DNA of 64,000 nucleotides, from contig NC_091985.1 in the NCBI RefSeq assembly GCF_044704955.1, forward strand, positions 37,758,001 through 37,822,000, in the 5' to 3' direction. The notes beneath the pieces were generated by a model that was given only the letters and a program-made list of their open reading frames with translations, was not told the DNA's origin and did not search any database. The position numbers were made by a program, and so were the translations under genes. Source of the DNA: Pristiophorus japonicus. Lineage: Eukaryota. Each line of letters opens with the position of its first letter. The first letter of the stretch is position 1. Below are positions 1 to 13,879 of the stretch, in pieces.

Positions 1-64
1 GGAAAGCATCAGATTCTTTCACGAGCAGTCTCTCCATTAGGGGTAACAACTTGGACAGCACGAT
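1..64 (-). CDS. HEATR1: HEATR1 exon 23 (partial): IVLSKLLPLMERLLVKESDAF
   Basis: Acceptor ttttcag at 65-71, phase 0; resembles human MVLSQLLPMAEQLLEK. Confidence 0.88.
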   Translation of the reverse strand, partial: MVLSKLLPLMERLLVKESDAF

Positions 65-118
65 CTGAAAAGTAATTGAATACAATTAAAATAGCATGCG
101 ACAAAACCTTGACACATT

Positions 119-1492
119 GGAATAGAAACATAGAAAGTAGGCGCAGGAGTAGGCCATTCGGCCCTTCGATCCTGCACCACCATTCAATATGATCATGGCT
201 GATCATGCAACTTCAGTACTCCATTCCTGCTTTCTCTTCATACCCCTTCATCCCTTTAGCCGTAGTGGCCACATCTAACTCCCTTTTGAATATCTCTAAC
301 GAACTGGCCTCAACAACTTTCTGTGGTTGAGAATTCCACAGGTTCACAATTCTCTGAGTGAAGAAGTTTCTCTTCACCTCGGTCCTAAATGGCTTACCCC
401 TTATCCTTAGACTGTGACCCCTGGTTCTGGACTTCCCCACATCGGGAACATTCTTCTTGCATCTAACCTGTCCAGTCCCATCAGAATTTTATATGCTTCT
501 ATGAGATCCCCTCTCATTCTTCTAAATTCCAGTGAATATAAGCCGAGTCGATCCAGTCTTTCTTCATATGTCAATCCTGCCATCCCGGGAATCAGTCTGG
601 TGAATCTTCGCTGTACTCCCTCAATAGCAAGAATGTCCTTCCTCAGATTAGGAGACTAAAACTGTACACAATATTCAAGGTGTGACCTCACCAAGGCCCT
701 GTACAACTGTAGTAAGATCTCCCTGCTCCTATACTGAAATCCTCTCGCTATGAAGGCCAACATGCCATTTGCCTTCTTCACTGCCTACTGTACCTGCATG
801 CCAACTTTCAATGACTGATGTACCATGACACCCAGGTCTCGTTGCACCTCCCCTTTTCCTAATCTGTCACCATTCAGATAATATTCTGCCTTCCTGTTTT
901 TGCCACCAAAGTGGATAACCTCACATTTATCTACATTATATTGCATCTGCCATGCATTTGCCCACTCACCTAACCTGTCCAAGTCACTCTGCAGCCTCTT
1001 AGCATCCTCCTCACAGCTCACACTGCCACCCAGCTTAGTGTCATCTACAAACTTTGAGATATTACATTCAATTCCTTCGTCTAAATCATTGATGTATATT
1101 GTAAATAGCTCGGGTCCCCCTCTAGTCACTGCCTGCCACTCTGAAAAGGACCCGTTTATTCTGACTCTCTGCTTCCTGTCTGCCAACCAGTTCTCTATCC
1201 ATGTCAACACATTACCCCCAATACCATGTGCTTTAATTTTGTACACTAATTTCTTGTGGGGGACCTTGTCAAAAGCCTTTTGAAAGTCCAAATACACCAC
1301 ATCCACTGGTTCTCCCTTCTCCACTCCACTAGTTACATCCTCAAAAAATTCTAGAAGATTTGTCAAGCATGATTTCCCTTTCATAAACCATGTTGACTTG
1401 GGCCGATCCTGTCACTGCTTTCCAAATGCGCTGCTATTACAGTTTTAATAATTGATTCCAACATTTTCTCCACTACTGATGTCAGGCTAACC
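119..1492 (-). mobile_element. CR1 LINE, 5'-truncated (RT region plus 3' UTR)
   Basis: ORF 785-1384 with [12 protein letters not shown] and KFVDDTKL motifs; (tttctatg)-type tail at ~121-136. Confidence 0.95.
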
Positions 1493-2389
1493 TGGAATGA
1501 GACTGGTATCCATTGTTGAACAATGTGCCAAATGAAGAGGTGCCTTCATATCACTGGGAGAGATTGTTTTTTTTGTTTTAAAATAATTGCTTGAAAACAC
1601 ATTTAAACTGCCAAATCTCGGTTGAGTGAAACGACACGATTCAAAATCATCATTCTGGTATGTAGTGTTTGGAAAACTGCAAGTCAAACTACAGGCGATG
1701 ACAACATGTACCTGAACCAACCAAGCTGGAGAATGCCAATGCCAGCCACCAAAATGCCACTCACCTGGCTTGTTTTTTTAAATTATTCTTTGCCCATCGT
1801 ACCCTATCCCCAAAGACAGGCGTCATGTTGAGGCAAATTATTTCATAATCATTGGGCAGTCATACAGCATTATGGGAAAGTCACTCAATTGTGACGACAT
1901 CAGTGTTCAACCAACATTCAGACGAACGTACATTCCAGTGGGGGTAAAGTTCACTAGACAGTGATCAGAAGTGATGACTCTCGCTAAATTCCACGCACCC
2001 CACCACCCCCCCACCCCACTCCACCACCACCCATCCATTCAAAGCTAACTGTCGTTCCTGATCGTTGCCCTAGGTAATTTGGCACAGACCGACATTAAAT
2101 CAGAGACTTTCATGGTTTGTATGGGTCAGGGCCTCAATTCAATGATTCTGGGTGGGACTAAACTGCATCATTTCAAAGTGGCAAACAACAATAATACCAA
2201 GACTTTCAATTAAGGCAGACTGCTTCTTTAATAGCAATAAATAAGAAGATTTTTTTAAATTAAACTATTTTGCAATCATTTACATACCACTGAATCTATT
2301 TTCATATATTATGCAGACTAGTTATCATTCTTTTCACTGTAAAAACTCAAGCTTATTCCAATTTACCAAAAAGAAAGTCAAAGTTTATT

Positions 2390-3357
2390 CAACAACAACA
2401 ACTTGTATTTAACATAGTAAGTGTCCCAAGGTACTTCACAAAACAAAATTTGACACCGAACTTGGTCAAACAGGTAAGTTTTAAGGAGTGTATTAAATGA
2501 GGAGAAGCAAGGTAGAAAGGTGGAGAAGTTTAGGGAGGAAAGTCCAGAGCTTCGGGCCAAGACAGCTGAAGGCACAGCCGTCAATGGTAGAACAATGAAA
2601 ACATGGGTTGCGCAAGAGGCTAGAATTGGAGGAGCACAGAGTTCCCAAAGGGTTGTAGGGCTGGTGGAGGTTAGAGATAGGGAGGGGCAAGGCCATGGAG
2701 GGATTTGAAAACAAGCATGAGAATTTTAAAATTGAGGCGCTGCTGGACTGGAAGCCAATGTAGGTCAGCGAGCATAGGGGTTACGGGTGAATGGGACTTG
2801 TGGGGGCTGGCCAAGAGAGCATTAGAATAGTCGAGTCTAGAGACAATAAAGGCCTGGATGAGGGCTTCAACAGCAGATGCATTGAGGCAGGGATGGAGAT
2901 GGGCGATGTTATGGAGGTGGAAGTCGGCAGTCTTGGAGCGGATATGGGATTGGCAGCTCATCTCAGGGTCAAATAGGACGACATGGGCTGTCCATTTAAA
3001 ACTGAGACGAGGAGGAATTTCTTCTCTGAGGTTTGTAAATCTCTGTCCCAGAGAGCTGTGGAGGCTGGGTCATTGAATATATTTAAGGCGGAGATACAGA
3101 TTTTTGAACGATAAGGGAATAAAGGGTTATGAGGAGCGGGTAGGGAAGTGGAACAGGGTCCATGATCAGATCAGCCATGACCTTATTAAATGGCAGAGCA
3201 GGCTCGAGGGATCAAACGGCCTAATCCTGCTCCTATTTCTTGTGTTCCAAATGGTTTGGTTCAGTCTCAGACACCGGCCAGGAAGAGGGACAGAGTTGGT
3301 GTGCACAGAATGGGAGTTTGTGGTTGGGACAGAAGACAGTGGTTTCGGTCTTCCCAA
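2390..3357 (-). mobile_element. Degenerate L2-type LINE 3' part, interrupted by a CR1 fragment
   Basis: ORF with HLHNIA...AFIVSRLDYSNALL and LHWLPVQQRLNFKIL; (gtt)n tail at 2391-2402. Confidence 0.8.
2980..3247 (+). mobile_element. CR1 3' fragment nested in the L2
   Basis: Matches the CR1 3' ends at 23070-23346 and 33220-33500. Confidence 0.85.
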
Positions 3358-4660
3358 TAGAAACATTTACAGCTCGAAGGAGGCCATTTCGGCCCATCGT
3401 GTCCGCGCCGGCCAACAAAGAGCCGCACGGCCCTTCGTCAGCAGCCACAAACCCATGAACAATAACGGAAAGGCAAGGAGCACCCAGCCCAACCCGTCCA
3501 CCCCACACCACTGCAACACCCCTTATACTAAAAACATCTACACTCCACCCCGACTAGAGCCATGTGATCTCCTGGGAGAGACAAAAAACAGATAAAAACC
3601 CAGGCCAATTTCGGGAGAAAAAAATCTGGGAAAATTCCTCTCAGACCCATCCAGGCGATCAAAACTAGTCCAGGAAATCACTCTGGCTGTATTCTCTTCC
3701 CTGCAGTACTTACCATTATATTTGCGCCGACCAACAAAAGATCATCTCGTCTAATCCCAATTACCAGCTCTCGTAGGTCCGTAACCCTGCAGGTTATGGC
3801 AGTTTAAGTGCCCATCCAACCATCTCTAAAAAAGTGGTGAGGGTTTCTGCATCCACCACTTTTCCAGCCAGCAAGTTCCAGATCCCCACAACCCTCTGTG
3901 TCAAGAAGCCCCCTCCTCAAATCCCCTCTAAACCTTCGATCAACCACCTTAAAACTACGCCCCCTCGTAATAGACCCCTCCACCAATGGAAATAGACCCT
4001 TACTATCCACTATGTCCAGGCCCCTCAATATTTTGTACACCTCGATGAGGTCTCCTCTCAACCTTCTCTGTTCCAATGAGAACAAACCGAGCCTATCCAA
4101 TCTGTCCTCATAACTAAGATTCTCCATTCCAGGCAGCATCCGAGTAAATCGCCTCTGCACCCTCTCTAGTGCAATCACGTCTTTCCTATAAGACGGCGAC
4201 CAGAACTGCACGCAGTACTCCAGCTGTGGCCTAACAATTTAAGCATAATCACCCTGCTCTTATATTCTATGCCTTGGCCAATAAAGGCAAGCATTCCTTA
4301 TGCCTTCTTAACCACCTTATCCACCGGGCCTGCTACTTTCAGAGATCCAAGGTCCCTTTGTTCATCGCATAATGTGTAGACCCTTTTCTTTATAGGCCTC
4401 CCAAAGTGTATCACCTCACACTTCTCTGAATTAAATTCTATTTGCCACTGCTCTGCCCACCTGACCAGTAGATTGATATCCTCCTGCAGCCCATGACTTT
4501 CCTCTTCATTATCAACCACACAGCCAATTTTAGTGTCGTCTGCAAACTTCTTAATCATACTTCCTATATTCAAATCTAAATCGTTGATATATACCACAAA
4601 AAGCAAGTGACCCAGTACTGAACCCTGCGGAATCCCACTGGAAATAACCTTCCAGTCATA
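3357..4660 (-). mobile_element. CR1 LINE (different subfamily, long 3' UTR), 5'-truncated
   Basis: ORFs with GIPQGSVLG, KFADDTK, QFWSP..ERVQRRFTRM. Confidence 0.9.
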
Positions 4661-4985
4661 TTCATTCATCATTCTGCCATATGGACAACTGCACCAATGA
4701 CATTACCTTAATTGCTATGAATAAAAAGTATTCAGAGTTCAATTACCCTGGTTTAATTGGACAATCATTCAACCAACCGAGTGCTAGATGCAACAGATCT
4801 TCACAGCCAATGAGTAAAGTCATTAAGAGATGTTAAGATGGATGACTTATGAGACAGTTTTCATAATTTTTTAAGTTTCTCTTTATATTAATTATTTAAT
4901 TGTATCTCTTAGCACTAATCGTCATCAATCGACTTGAAATTGCAATTTGACTGGGTAAAACGATATTCTAAATTAAAAATCTCAC

Positions 4986-5153
4986 CTCTCCATTCACTTC
5001 CTCAAATGCCTTCAGCAGGTTACGTGCTACATATGATGGCCGCCCGGCATCTCCAATGCATTGTAGAAAGTTCTCCAGAGCTTGTGTCAGCTTTTTGTGC
5101 TGTGGTCTTGGTTTACTGGATGTTAAAAGCTCTTCAAATAAGCTACCCAGAGC
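4986..5153 (-). CDS. HEATR1: HEATR1 exon 22 (168 nt): ALGSLFEELL...PSYVARNLLKAFEEVNGE
   Basis: ccag acceptor, GTGAGA donor, phase 0-0; homologous to ...PSYIAKDLMKVLQGVNGE. Confidence 0.93.
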
Positions 5154-5459
5154 CTGGACAAATGAAACAATTGAGCAATAATGGAGTAAAGGAATAAAGG
5201 TATCTTGGTATGCAGCTACACAGGAAATTGAAAGTGGCAAAAAACATTGATAAAGCCATAAAATAGTAAACAGAATCATTGGTTTTTGTATCTGCTGCTT
5301 CCTGGCTAAAATTGAGGATACCTGAGGGGTAATGGTAAATGGTGATGGAGACTGGGGGTTGAAGAGAAAGGGAAAGAGAAAAGTCCACTTTTGCTTAAAT
5401 TTCATCTGAGCCTACTGAAGATAGTCTTTTTAGGAATATGTTTGACTCATGGGATTAGA

Positions 5460-5644
5460 GGGGTCATCTTTCAGCTTCATGCTCCCAACAGGGAGTCTCA
5501 TCTGCCAAGAGTGCACGTTGGATATTTGGGCATGTGTTGCGCTTAATTCTGCAGCCATTAAAGGTGGAAAATTGTGCACAGTACATGACCGAATTTCAAA
5601 TCTGTGCTACCTGACATAAGCACAAAAACCAGAAAAATGGCCCT
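5460..5644. mobile_element. Possible old MITE
   Basis: Imperfect terminal inverted repeats ggggtcatctttc / gaaaaatggccct; no clean TSD. Confidence 0.4.
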
Positions 5645-5849
5645 TAGGGTATATTTTCTTGAGACTCAGAGTAAGAATTGCAAAAGAAAGTAAAGAAGGT
5701 GGCAAAAGCATATCTGGTATTGGAGTTCAGCAACCAAGTAGCTGAGTCTACCAGATGAGGGGAGGTATCTCACTGTTACACTTAAATTTACAGCCATTAA
5801 GGGAGGCAAATCATGTACAGTATACGACTGGATAATAGGCAGGTACTCC

Positions 5850-6670
5850 AATAGGTAAGATGTGACTAGCCGTGTCCCACAGGAATCTGTGTTGGGGACT
5901 CAACTATTCACTGTATTTATTAACGACTTAGATGATGGGATACAGACCACATACTCAAATTTGATGACGACACAAAGAGAGGCGGCATTGTAAGCAGTGC
6001 AGATGGAAGCATAAAATTACATCGTAATAGATAGAGGAAAGAAGTTACGCTACAGCTGTACAAAGCCCTAGTTGGACCACAGCTGGACTACTGTGAGCAG
6101 TTCTGAGCACCACACCTTAGGCAGGATATAATGGAGAGAGTGCAGTGTAGATTTACTAGAATGATACTCAGACGCCAAGGGTTAAATTATGAGGACAGAT
6201 TACACAAACTAGGGTTGTATTCCCTGGAATTTCCAAGGTTATGGGGTGACTTGATCAAAGTTTTCAAGATATTAAGAGGAACTAATAGGGTAGAGAAAAA
6301 TAATTTCCATTGATTGGGAAGTCAAGGACATAGCCTAAAAATTAAAGCCAGACCTTTCAGGAGTGAAGTCAGGAAACACTTCTCTACACGCAAACGGTAG
6401 TAGAAGTTTGGAACTCTCTTCCGCAACTGGCAGTTAAATCGAAGATTAATAGATTTTGTCAACCATAGGTATTAAGGGGATATGGGGCAAATGCAGGCAG
6501 TTGGAGTTAGGTCACAGATCAGCCCCATCCCATCATCATAGGCCGTTCCTTGAAACGAGGATGACTTGCTTCCACACCAAAAAAGGGCGAGTTCCTATGA
6601 TCTCACTGAATGGCGGAACAGGCTCAAGTGGCTAAACGGCCGACTCCTGTTCTCATGGGTCATGTTCTGC
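5850..6670 (+). mobile_element. Degenerate CR1 (RT C-terminus and tail) containing an inverted RTE-type tail at ~6530-6597
   Basis: ERVQCRFTRM...LGLYSLE; tail interrupted by catcatcataggc...gaggatgacttgcttccac. Confidence 0.8.
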
Positions 6671-6822
6671 ATGGGTCACCCTTTAGGTCAGTGCATCACA
6701 CCAAATTAAAACTAAATGAGGAAACAGTGATATTATGAAAACTACTGCATCCAAATGAAATTACCCCCCAAAATTGCACAAAATTAACAGAAAAATAGAA
6801 CAGTCCTGGTCTCCTTTCTTAC

Positions 6823-6995
6823 CTGACTTAAATGGGTGGGATCTGCAATAATCTCTTCTGCCAAATGGACAAGCTTATCAATGACCACATGAAAGACAGA
6901 CTCTTGTACTTCTGTTAACGTCTGCAGACAGGCAATAGCTCCCCGGCGCACCTCTCTCACAGGATTGCCCAAACTGATGACTAAGGAGACCACCA
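6823..6995 (-). CDS. HEATR1: HEATR1 exon 21 (173 nt): VVSLVISLGNPVREVRRGAIACLQ...THLSQ
   Basis: ttcag acceptor, GTAAGA donor; homologous to LGSPVKEVRRAAIQCLQ. Confidence 0.94.
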
Positions 6996-7100
6996 CTGAA
7001 AGCGAATCACAATTTATTAACAAAGTGCCATCACAGTTTTAAAATTAAATAATATATTTAACCAATTTAGTGGAGTAAACACGTGTTAGATAGACCATAC

Positions 7101-7293
7101 CTGGCAACGATGGAGATGCAATCTGACTTATCTTCCCTGTAGACTGCGATGCGAGTAGTGCGTGTCCGAAGTAAAGGGCTCGAGTCTGCAGTACAGCACT
7201 TATTGTACGGTTCAACTGGTTGTTAAGATTACAATTGTAGCTCCACAAAAGTGACAAGAATTTGAAGAGACGACTGGAATCATGCAAGTGGGT
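7101..7293 (-). CDS. HEATR1: HEATR1 exon 20 (193 nt): THLHDSSRLFKFLSLLWSY...LQTRALY...SPSLP
   Basis: ttcag acceptor, GTATGG donor; 105-nt intron to exon 21. Confidence 0.94.
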
Positions 7294-8189
7294 CTGAAAT
7301 ATTAATATTCATCAATTAGCAAATGAAAAGGATAGTTACAAAACCATATTTTATCAGTACAATACATACATTTACTTTAAATTAGCTTTTTTATGCTACT
7401 GGTGATGAGTTTTATGATCTACCAAAAAAACCTCAAACACGGACAGTGTCTTTATGCTGGAAGTGGTTATGTGCATTGGAATTCAATTATTCACCCTGCG
7501 TTTGGATTGAAAAAACAAGTTATCTTTTAACTTGCTGGCACTTGACCAAAGCTTTTTCCATGTTAGGATTTCAGGCGGTCAGTAAATTTGTGTATTTTAT
7601 TATTCATAACATATAGTACATGAAAAATAAAGTACACAAATTTATCACATGGGAAATTTTAAAACGTTTTGTCTTCCGATGCAAATGGCAATTTATTCAA
7701 TATCTTCAGTTGTTCTTCTAACATAATTAGTTAGATGAGGATCATTGAGAATACAGTGGCTCTACACACGAGTAAATGCACAGTAGGTAACTCCATTCAG
7801 TGCAAGACACTTCGCACAAATCAAATTGAATGTTCAGTTCAGAGAAATACAGAATCCAAAGTTCCCACCTGAACTGGCTCTTAACTCCAATTTTTTTGAT
7901 TAGTAAAATGAAAATGAGAGTATGTAGTTAGTGGAGTTAGAACGAGAGAAATTGTAGAAAAAGGAAACCAGAAGTAAGCAGCTGTATAAACTTTTATTAT
8001 GAGAGCCATCCCAAAATGCTTTATCTCAATGTTTGAATTGGAACTACAAGAGTAATGTCATCAGATCAATCCTGTAGAAAATATTGCATTAATAATTGCT
8101 TTTACCCACCAGTTTTTGTGTTCTCTTGCAGTGTTCCCCATCTCCATCTCAGTAGTTAAACTGATACCACGGATTAAATAGCCACTCAC

Positions 8190-8338
8190 CTTAATCAGAA
8201 GCTGCACGAGTTTCCTAAAGTTCCATGCAAGGCTTCCTTCACCAGCACCGCAAACAATAAGGTCAAACACATCAATGAGAAGATGAAGATAATCACAGCT
8301 TTGTCCATCCAAACATTCAGGGTTCCACCAAGTCTGAT
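8190..8338 (-). CDS. HEATR1: HEATR1 exon 19 (149 nt): QTWWNPECLDGQSCDYLHLLID...FRKLVQLLIK
   Basis: WWNPE and DYLHLLI motifs conserved; GTGAGT donor. Confidence 0.94.
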
Positions 8339-8479
8339 CTGAAAGGTTGTACAGTAATAATAAAACACAAACTGGGTCTAGTAGCCGAGTGATTATCTCA
8401 ACCTTTCAGAACATGTGAAATGTAATTCAATTAAATCTGCCAATGTGTGGTGCAGCACCAGAAAAATGACCACGAGGCA

Positions 8480-8830
8480 AGATGAGAGTAACTAGCTTGA
8501 CATCAAAGCAACATTGGACCAAGTTTGGCACCAAGGAGCCCCAGCAAAACTGATGTCAATGGGAAACCCTCCAGTGGCTGGAGTCATACATGACACAAAG
8601 GAAGATGGCAGGGGTTATCAGAGGCCAATAATAATTACAGGCAGAGTCTTTGGCCCAACCATCTTCAGGTACTTCAACAATGACTTTCCTTCGATCATAA
8701 GGTAAGCAGTTGGTTGTCACTGACCATTCTATAATGTACAGCTCCATTTGTGACTTCTCTCATAACAAAGCAGCCCATGCCAGCCTATAGCAAAACCTGG
8801 GCAATGTGCTGACAAGTGACAGGTCTCGAT
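8480..8830 (+). mobile_element. Old LINE reverse-transcriptase fragment
   Basis: LDIKAT.DQVWHQG and G.V.GPTIF-like motifs, frameshifted. Confidence 0.6.
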
Positions 8831-9363
8831 ACTGATTCTGGGATCTAGCTGCGTGGAAATGGCTAGAACAGCACTCCAGATAAGGTACAACAGTCATCCT
8901 CTATAGAATTTGCTCAAATATGCTCAAACAAGTCACAGTCAAAGTATTTCATGGCAAGTGCCCTTATAAGCTAATGTCAACACAGATTGCTAACCAGTGA
9001 ACATGTGCAATTCTATTAAGCAGAGGACATACCCACCTTTCTTGCATTTACAAACAAAATGCTCGCATAAACAGCCCTTTAAAAAAAGTTAGTCGCAGTA
9101 CATTCTGTCAGATGGAGTTAACAATGTTTAAACATCAGCCATGCTCAAGAACAATTGACTAAAGAAAAAATTATCTGCATTTTATCTCCAAGAAAACAAA
9201 TATTGAGTACTTGATTTTGGTTACATTACTTCCAATTGATGCCTTTTATTCTCTTGCATTTAAAAAAAATATATTAATAGCAGCAGCAAATCATCTCTGT
9301 TCCAAAGTGTGAATATACGTGGGTCACACTAATGCTCAAATTATCAATAGACAATATCCTCAC

Positions 9364-9547
9364 CTTTCAACAGTGACTCGGGAGGTTTGAAAGCAACAAT
9401 AAAGTTCTTTAGCAACAAAATGAGAATAAATCCAGTTTCTGTACTTCCAGCATTGCCAATCCTCACATTCTCCACATATTCAGTAAGTAGCTCTGCTGGT
9501 ACCACATTCCCTTCAACAGACCAAAGATGCCACCTTTGAGAAAACAT
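9364..9547 (-). CDS. HEATR1: HEATR1 exon 18 (184 nt): MFSQRWHLWSVEGNVVPAELL...LKNFIVAFKPPESLLK
   Basis: tgcag acceptor, GTGAGG donor, phase 0-1. Confidence 0.9.
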
Positions 9548-10049
9548 CTGCAATGTTGAATGGGGAGAGTGATTAGATTCATACCTAAACATTCAGCAAA
9601 CTAATTTTTCATGAAGTGTGGGAATATTTTTATGTGGGGTGTGTTTTGGGGCTAAGGGAAGGGGTGGGGGGGGGGGTCAAATCTTCAATTTTTCCTTTGG
9701 AATTTCATGGTTCCATCTTGAGGGAACAATGAATACCGATCTTTCAATTTTAAAAGCAGTGTGCTCAGTTCTTGGTCTATATTCCATTGAAAGAGCACAA
9801 GTCTTGTTCGTTATTGTCCTCGTCTGACTCTATTGCTCCATTTACACAAGCAGGATTTGATAGCACAACAGATTCTCCTCCCCATTTCCATTTCATTTTT
9901 ATCATAATTTTGTATTATTATATTGTTACAACAGAAATAAACACAAGATGTGGTTTATGTTCACAATTGCTTAACACTTAGGAATGCTCACAGTAGATGC
10001 CAAGCCAATGTATATGTTGTAGAGTAAATAGAGAATAAAGTCGGGTTAA

Positions 10050-10410
10050 CTGATACTGAAAGAGTGTTGCACTGTCGGAGGTGCTGCCTTTCGGATGAGA
10101 TGTTAAACTGAGGCCACGTTTGCTCTTCAGGCGGGCGCAAAAGATCCTATGGCACTATTTTGAAGAGGAGCAAGGGAGTTATCCCCAGTGCCCAGGCCAA
10201 TATTTATCCCTCAATCACCATAGCAAAAAAAGGATTTTCGGGTCACTATCATAGTGCTGTTTGTGGGAGTTTGCCGTGTGCAAGTTGGCTGCCGTATTTC
10301 TCACATCACAACAGTGACGACATCCCAAAAGTACTTCATTGGCTGCAAAACACTTTGAGACGTCTGGTGGTCATGAAAGGCACTATATAAATCCATGTCT
10401 TTCTTTCTTT
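10050..10410 (+). mobile_element. Deu-domain SINE (SacSINE1-like), 5'-truncated
   Basis: Same body as 40913-41360 (gatgagatgttaaac...gtacttcattggctg...tatataaat..gtctttcttt). Confidence 0.8.
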
Positions 10411-10554
10411 GAATGGGTCAGATCAAATTTGCTAGCAAGACTGGTAGGCAATTAGCTTTTGGTCTAAAAATCTATTTGAATCATTTAGTTTAAATTTGTG
10501 ATGAAGTGTACAAAGTGTAAATATATTTACTTAATAAAAGTGTAATGTGTGTGC

Positions 10555-12615
10555 AAGGCAGCATTACAGACGGCTTTCGGCCGAGGTCAAACAAAAAACT
10601 CAGGACCTAAAAAACGATGGTGGATGGAAAAAGCACAGGAGATACAGCAACTGGCCGACAGCCATAATGTGCGAGGATTCTTCACCCAGTCAAGGTCACC
10701 TGCAGCCCAAATACCGAAGGCCCCACCCCACTGCTGGCCAAGAATGGGGAATCACTCATCAAGGACACCGAGGCAGTCAGGGCCCGCTGGAAGGAGCACT
10801 TCGAAGATCTTCTCAACCGAGACTCTGCGTTTGACTCGAGTGTCCTCGACTCCATCCCGCACCATGCTACCCGCCACCGCCTCAGTGAAACCCTAGCCCT
10901 GTACAAGGCAGAAAAAGCCGTAAGACAGCTGAAGAACAAGGCTATGGGAGCGGATGAAATCCCCGCTGAGGCACTGAAGTATGGCGGAGAGGCACTGTTG
11001 GCGCGAATGCATGACCTCATCTCTCATCTAGAGGAAGTAGAGCATGCCAGGAGATCTCAAGAGATGCAGTGATCGTGATCATCTTTAAAAAAAAAGGGGA
11101 CAAGTCCGACTGCGGCAACTAGAGGAATCTCCCTGTCATCAGCCACTGGGAAAGTCGTTGCTCGAGTCCTCAACTGCCTTCTGTGGCTGAGGAGCTCCTC
11201 CCGGAGTCACAGTGCGGATTTCGTCCCCTATGGGGTACAACGGACATGATTTTTACAGCGCAACAGCTGCAAGAAAAATGCAGGGAACAGCACCAACCCT
11301 TATACATGGCCTTCTTTGACCTGACAAAGGCCTTTGACACTGTCAACCGCGAGGGTCTATCCTCCTCCGTTTCAGCTGCCCCCACATGTTCATCACCATC
11401 CTCCGCCTGCTCGACGACGACATGCAGGCCGTGATCCTTACCACAAATCCATTACAGACCCAATCCACATCCGGACCGGGGTCAAACAGGGCTTCATCAT
11501 CGCGCCAACCCTCTTCTCAATCTTCCTCGCTGCCATGCTCCACCTCACACTCAACAATCTCCTCGCTGGAGTGGAACTAAACTACAGAACCAGTGGGAAG
11601 CTGTTCAACCTTCGTCGTCTCCAGGCCAGATCCAAGACCACCCCAACCTCGGTCGTCGAGCTACAGTACACGGACGACACCGAGAGGCTGAACTCCAAGT
11701 CATAGTCAACATGTTCAGAGGCGTACGAAAGCTTCGGCCTTACACTAAACATCCGTAAGACAAAGGTCCTCCACCAACCTGTCCCCCAGTCATCAAGATC
11801 CACGGCGCTGCCCAGGACCATGTGGACCATTTCCCATACCTTGGGAGCCTATCAACTAAGGCAGACATTGACGACGAGATTCAACTCCGCCTCCAGTGCA
11901 GCCTTCGGCTGCCTGTGGAAAAGAGTGTTCAAAGACCAGGCCCTCAAAACTGCCACCAAGCTCATGGTCTACAGGGCTGCAGTAATACCTGCCCTCCTGT
12001 ATGGCTCAGAGACATGGACCATGTCCAACAAACACCTCAAGTTGCTGGAGAAATACCACTAATGATGTCTCCGCAAGATCCTGCAAATCCCCTGGGAGGA
12101 CAGACGCACCAACATTAGTGTCCTCAACCAGGCCAACATTCCCAGCATTGGAGCACTGACCACACTCGATCAGCTCCGCTGGGCAGGCCACAGTTTTCCA
12201 TGCCTGACACGAGACTCCCAAAGCAAGCGCTCCACTTGGTACTCCTTCATGGCAAACGAGTCAAAGGTGGGCAGAGGAAATGTTTCAAGGACACCCTCAA
12301 AGTCTCCTTGATAAAGTGCAGCATCCCTGCCGACACCTGGGAGTCCCTGGCCAAAGAGCGCCCTAAGTGGAGGAAGTGCATCTGGAAGGGCGCTGAGCAC
12401 CTTGAGTCTGATCACAGAGAGCATGCAGAAACCAGGCGGAGGCAACGGAAAGAGCATGCGGCAAACCAGTCCCACCCACCCTTTCCCTCAACGACTGTCT
12501 GTCCCACCTGCGACAGGGACTGTGGTTCTCGTATTGGACTGTTCAGTCACCTAAGAACTCATTTTTAGAGTGGAAGCAAGTCTTCCTCGGTTCCGAGGGA
12601 CTGCCTATGATGATG
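10555..12615 (+). mobile_element. RTE-clade LINE, 5'-truncated and frameshifted
   Basis: LPESQCGFRP..TTDMIF..QLQEKCREQ, DLTKAFD, LLYGSETW; C-terminal C2H2 CPTC..H..H; (tga)n tail; 11-bp TSD aa(t/c)gtgtgtgc at 10544-10554 and 12616-12626. Confidence 0.93.
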
Positions 12616-13879
12616 AACGTGTGTGCCCGCTACAATATTTAACAGCTGAATGGGATGAATACAGAAGTATAGAGAACAATTCTGTAAATGTGGATATATT
12701 AAAACTTAAAAAAGACATTATGCCGGTTGGGAAAATATCATGTCATAAATGGAGTACACTTAGGATTCCCCATTTGTTGAATCACTGAGCTCTGATGATA
12801 TGAGGAAAAAACAAGTATCAGAAGAAGTTACCCTGGACGAGCCTCGTCCACCACTGTTGGTTTCAAAGCTCATCCCGTGAAGGCATGGGTGCCTGCTAAG
12901 TTGATTGGAGATGATTCATGAAAGGGCAGGACAAGTCTCAAGGACAATAGGTGAAAAAACAATGATTTAAAAACATATCACTTAAATTACTTAGTTCGCG
13001 ACAGTGGTTCCCTTAACGAATGGATGTCCAAACTATTTGGTTATCAACACCTGGATACCAAGGAAATTGCAAAGCAAAAAAACACAGGAAACAACCTACC
13101 AGACAAGGATTGGAAAAGGTGTCTTTTTAAAAAAAAAGGTACAAAGAAAGGGGTTAACTTCCAAAGTATGGGCACCTGCTAAAAGACAGTAACGCAAGTT
13201 ATCGACACTTAAATCAGTTTAATCGTACCTTTACTGCACGCACGAGAGAAAATAAAGGAATAATTTGAAGGCAGAAAGGTAGAATTATAAAAGTACCTTT
13301 TAAAATTCTTGCGGGTGGTCAGAATGGAAAGGCTTGTAACTGAGCGATAAAAACCAGATGTCCCAGCTTTGATTTCTGGCCATGCTGAGTTAACAGATAT
13401 CAGCCAAGGTGGCAATGGTCGTGCTACAAGCTGGCAAGGGGAAAATCCAAACATATTTCCCACTCCTTAATCCCTATCTAGTGGCCCATGTTAGAAAGTG
13501 CATGTGTATGGGTGTCGGACAAGGACAAGAACCAGCTTATGATGTCTTCCATGGTGGAATATGCTGCTGATATAGGAACAAGAGGAGGTCAATTTCCTTG
13601 TCGAATATTCTCTGTCACTCAGCAGTGTCAAAGCTCACTCATGAGGAATGGGAACTTGGATGAATACCAGAGGGTGTATGTCCACTATACTGGAACGGGA
13701 ATTTATTTGGGGGTTCTCACAATTAGCCTCCATAACGAATGGCAGCAATCCCAGATAAACTGCATGAATGGGGTTTCCACCACCAAATTTATGGCGGCCG
13801 ATTGGGAAAACCACAGAGGAAATTCCTGGTGAAAATCTTCAGGAGGAGAAAGAGAGAAACTAGCAAAAAAATAAATAAT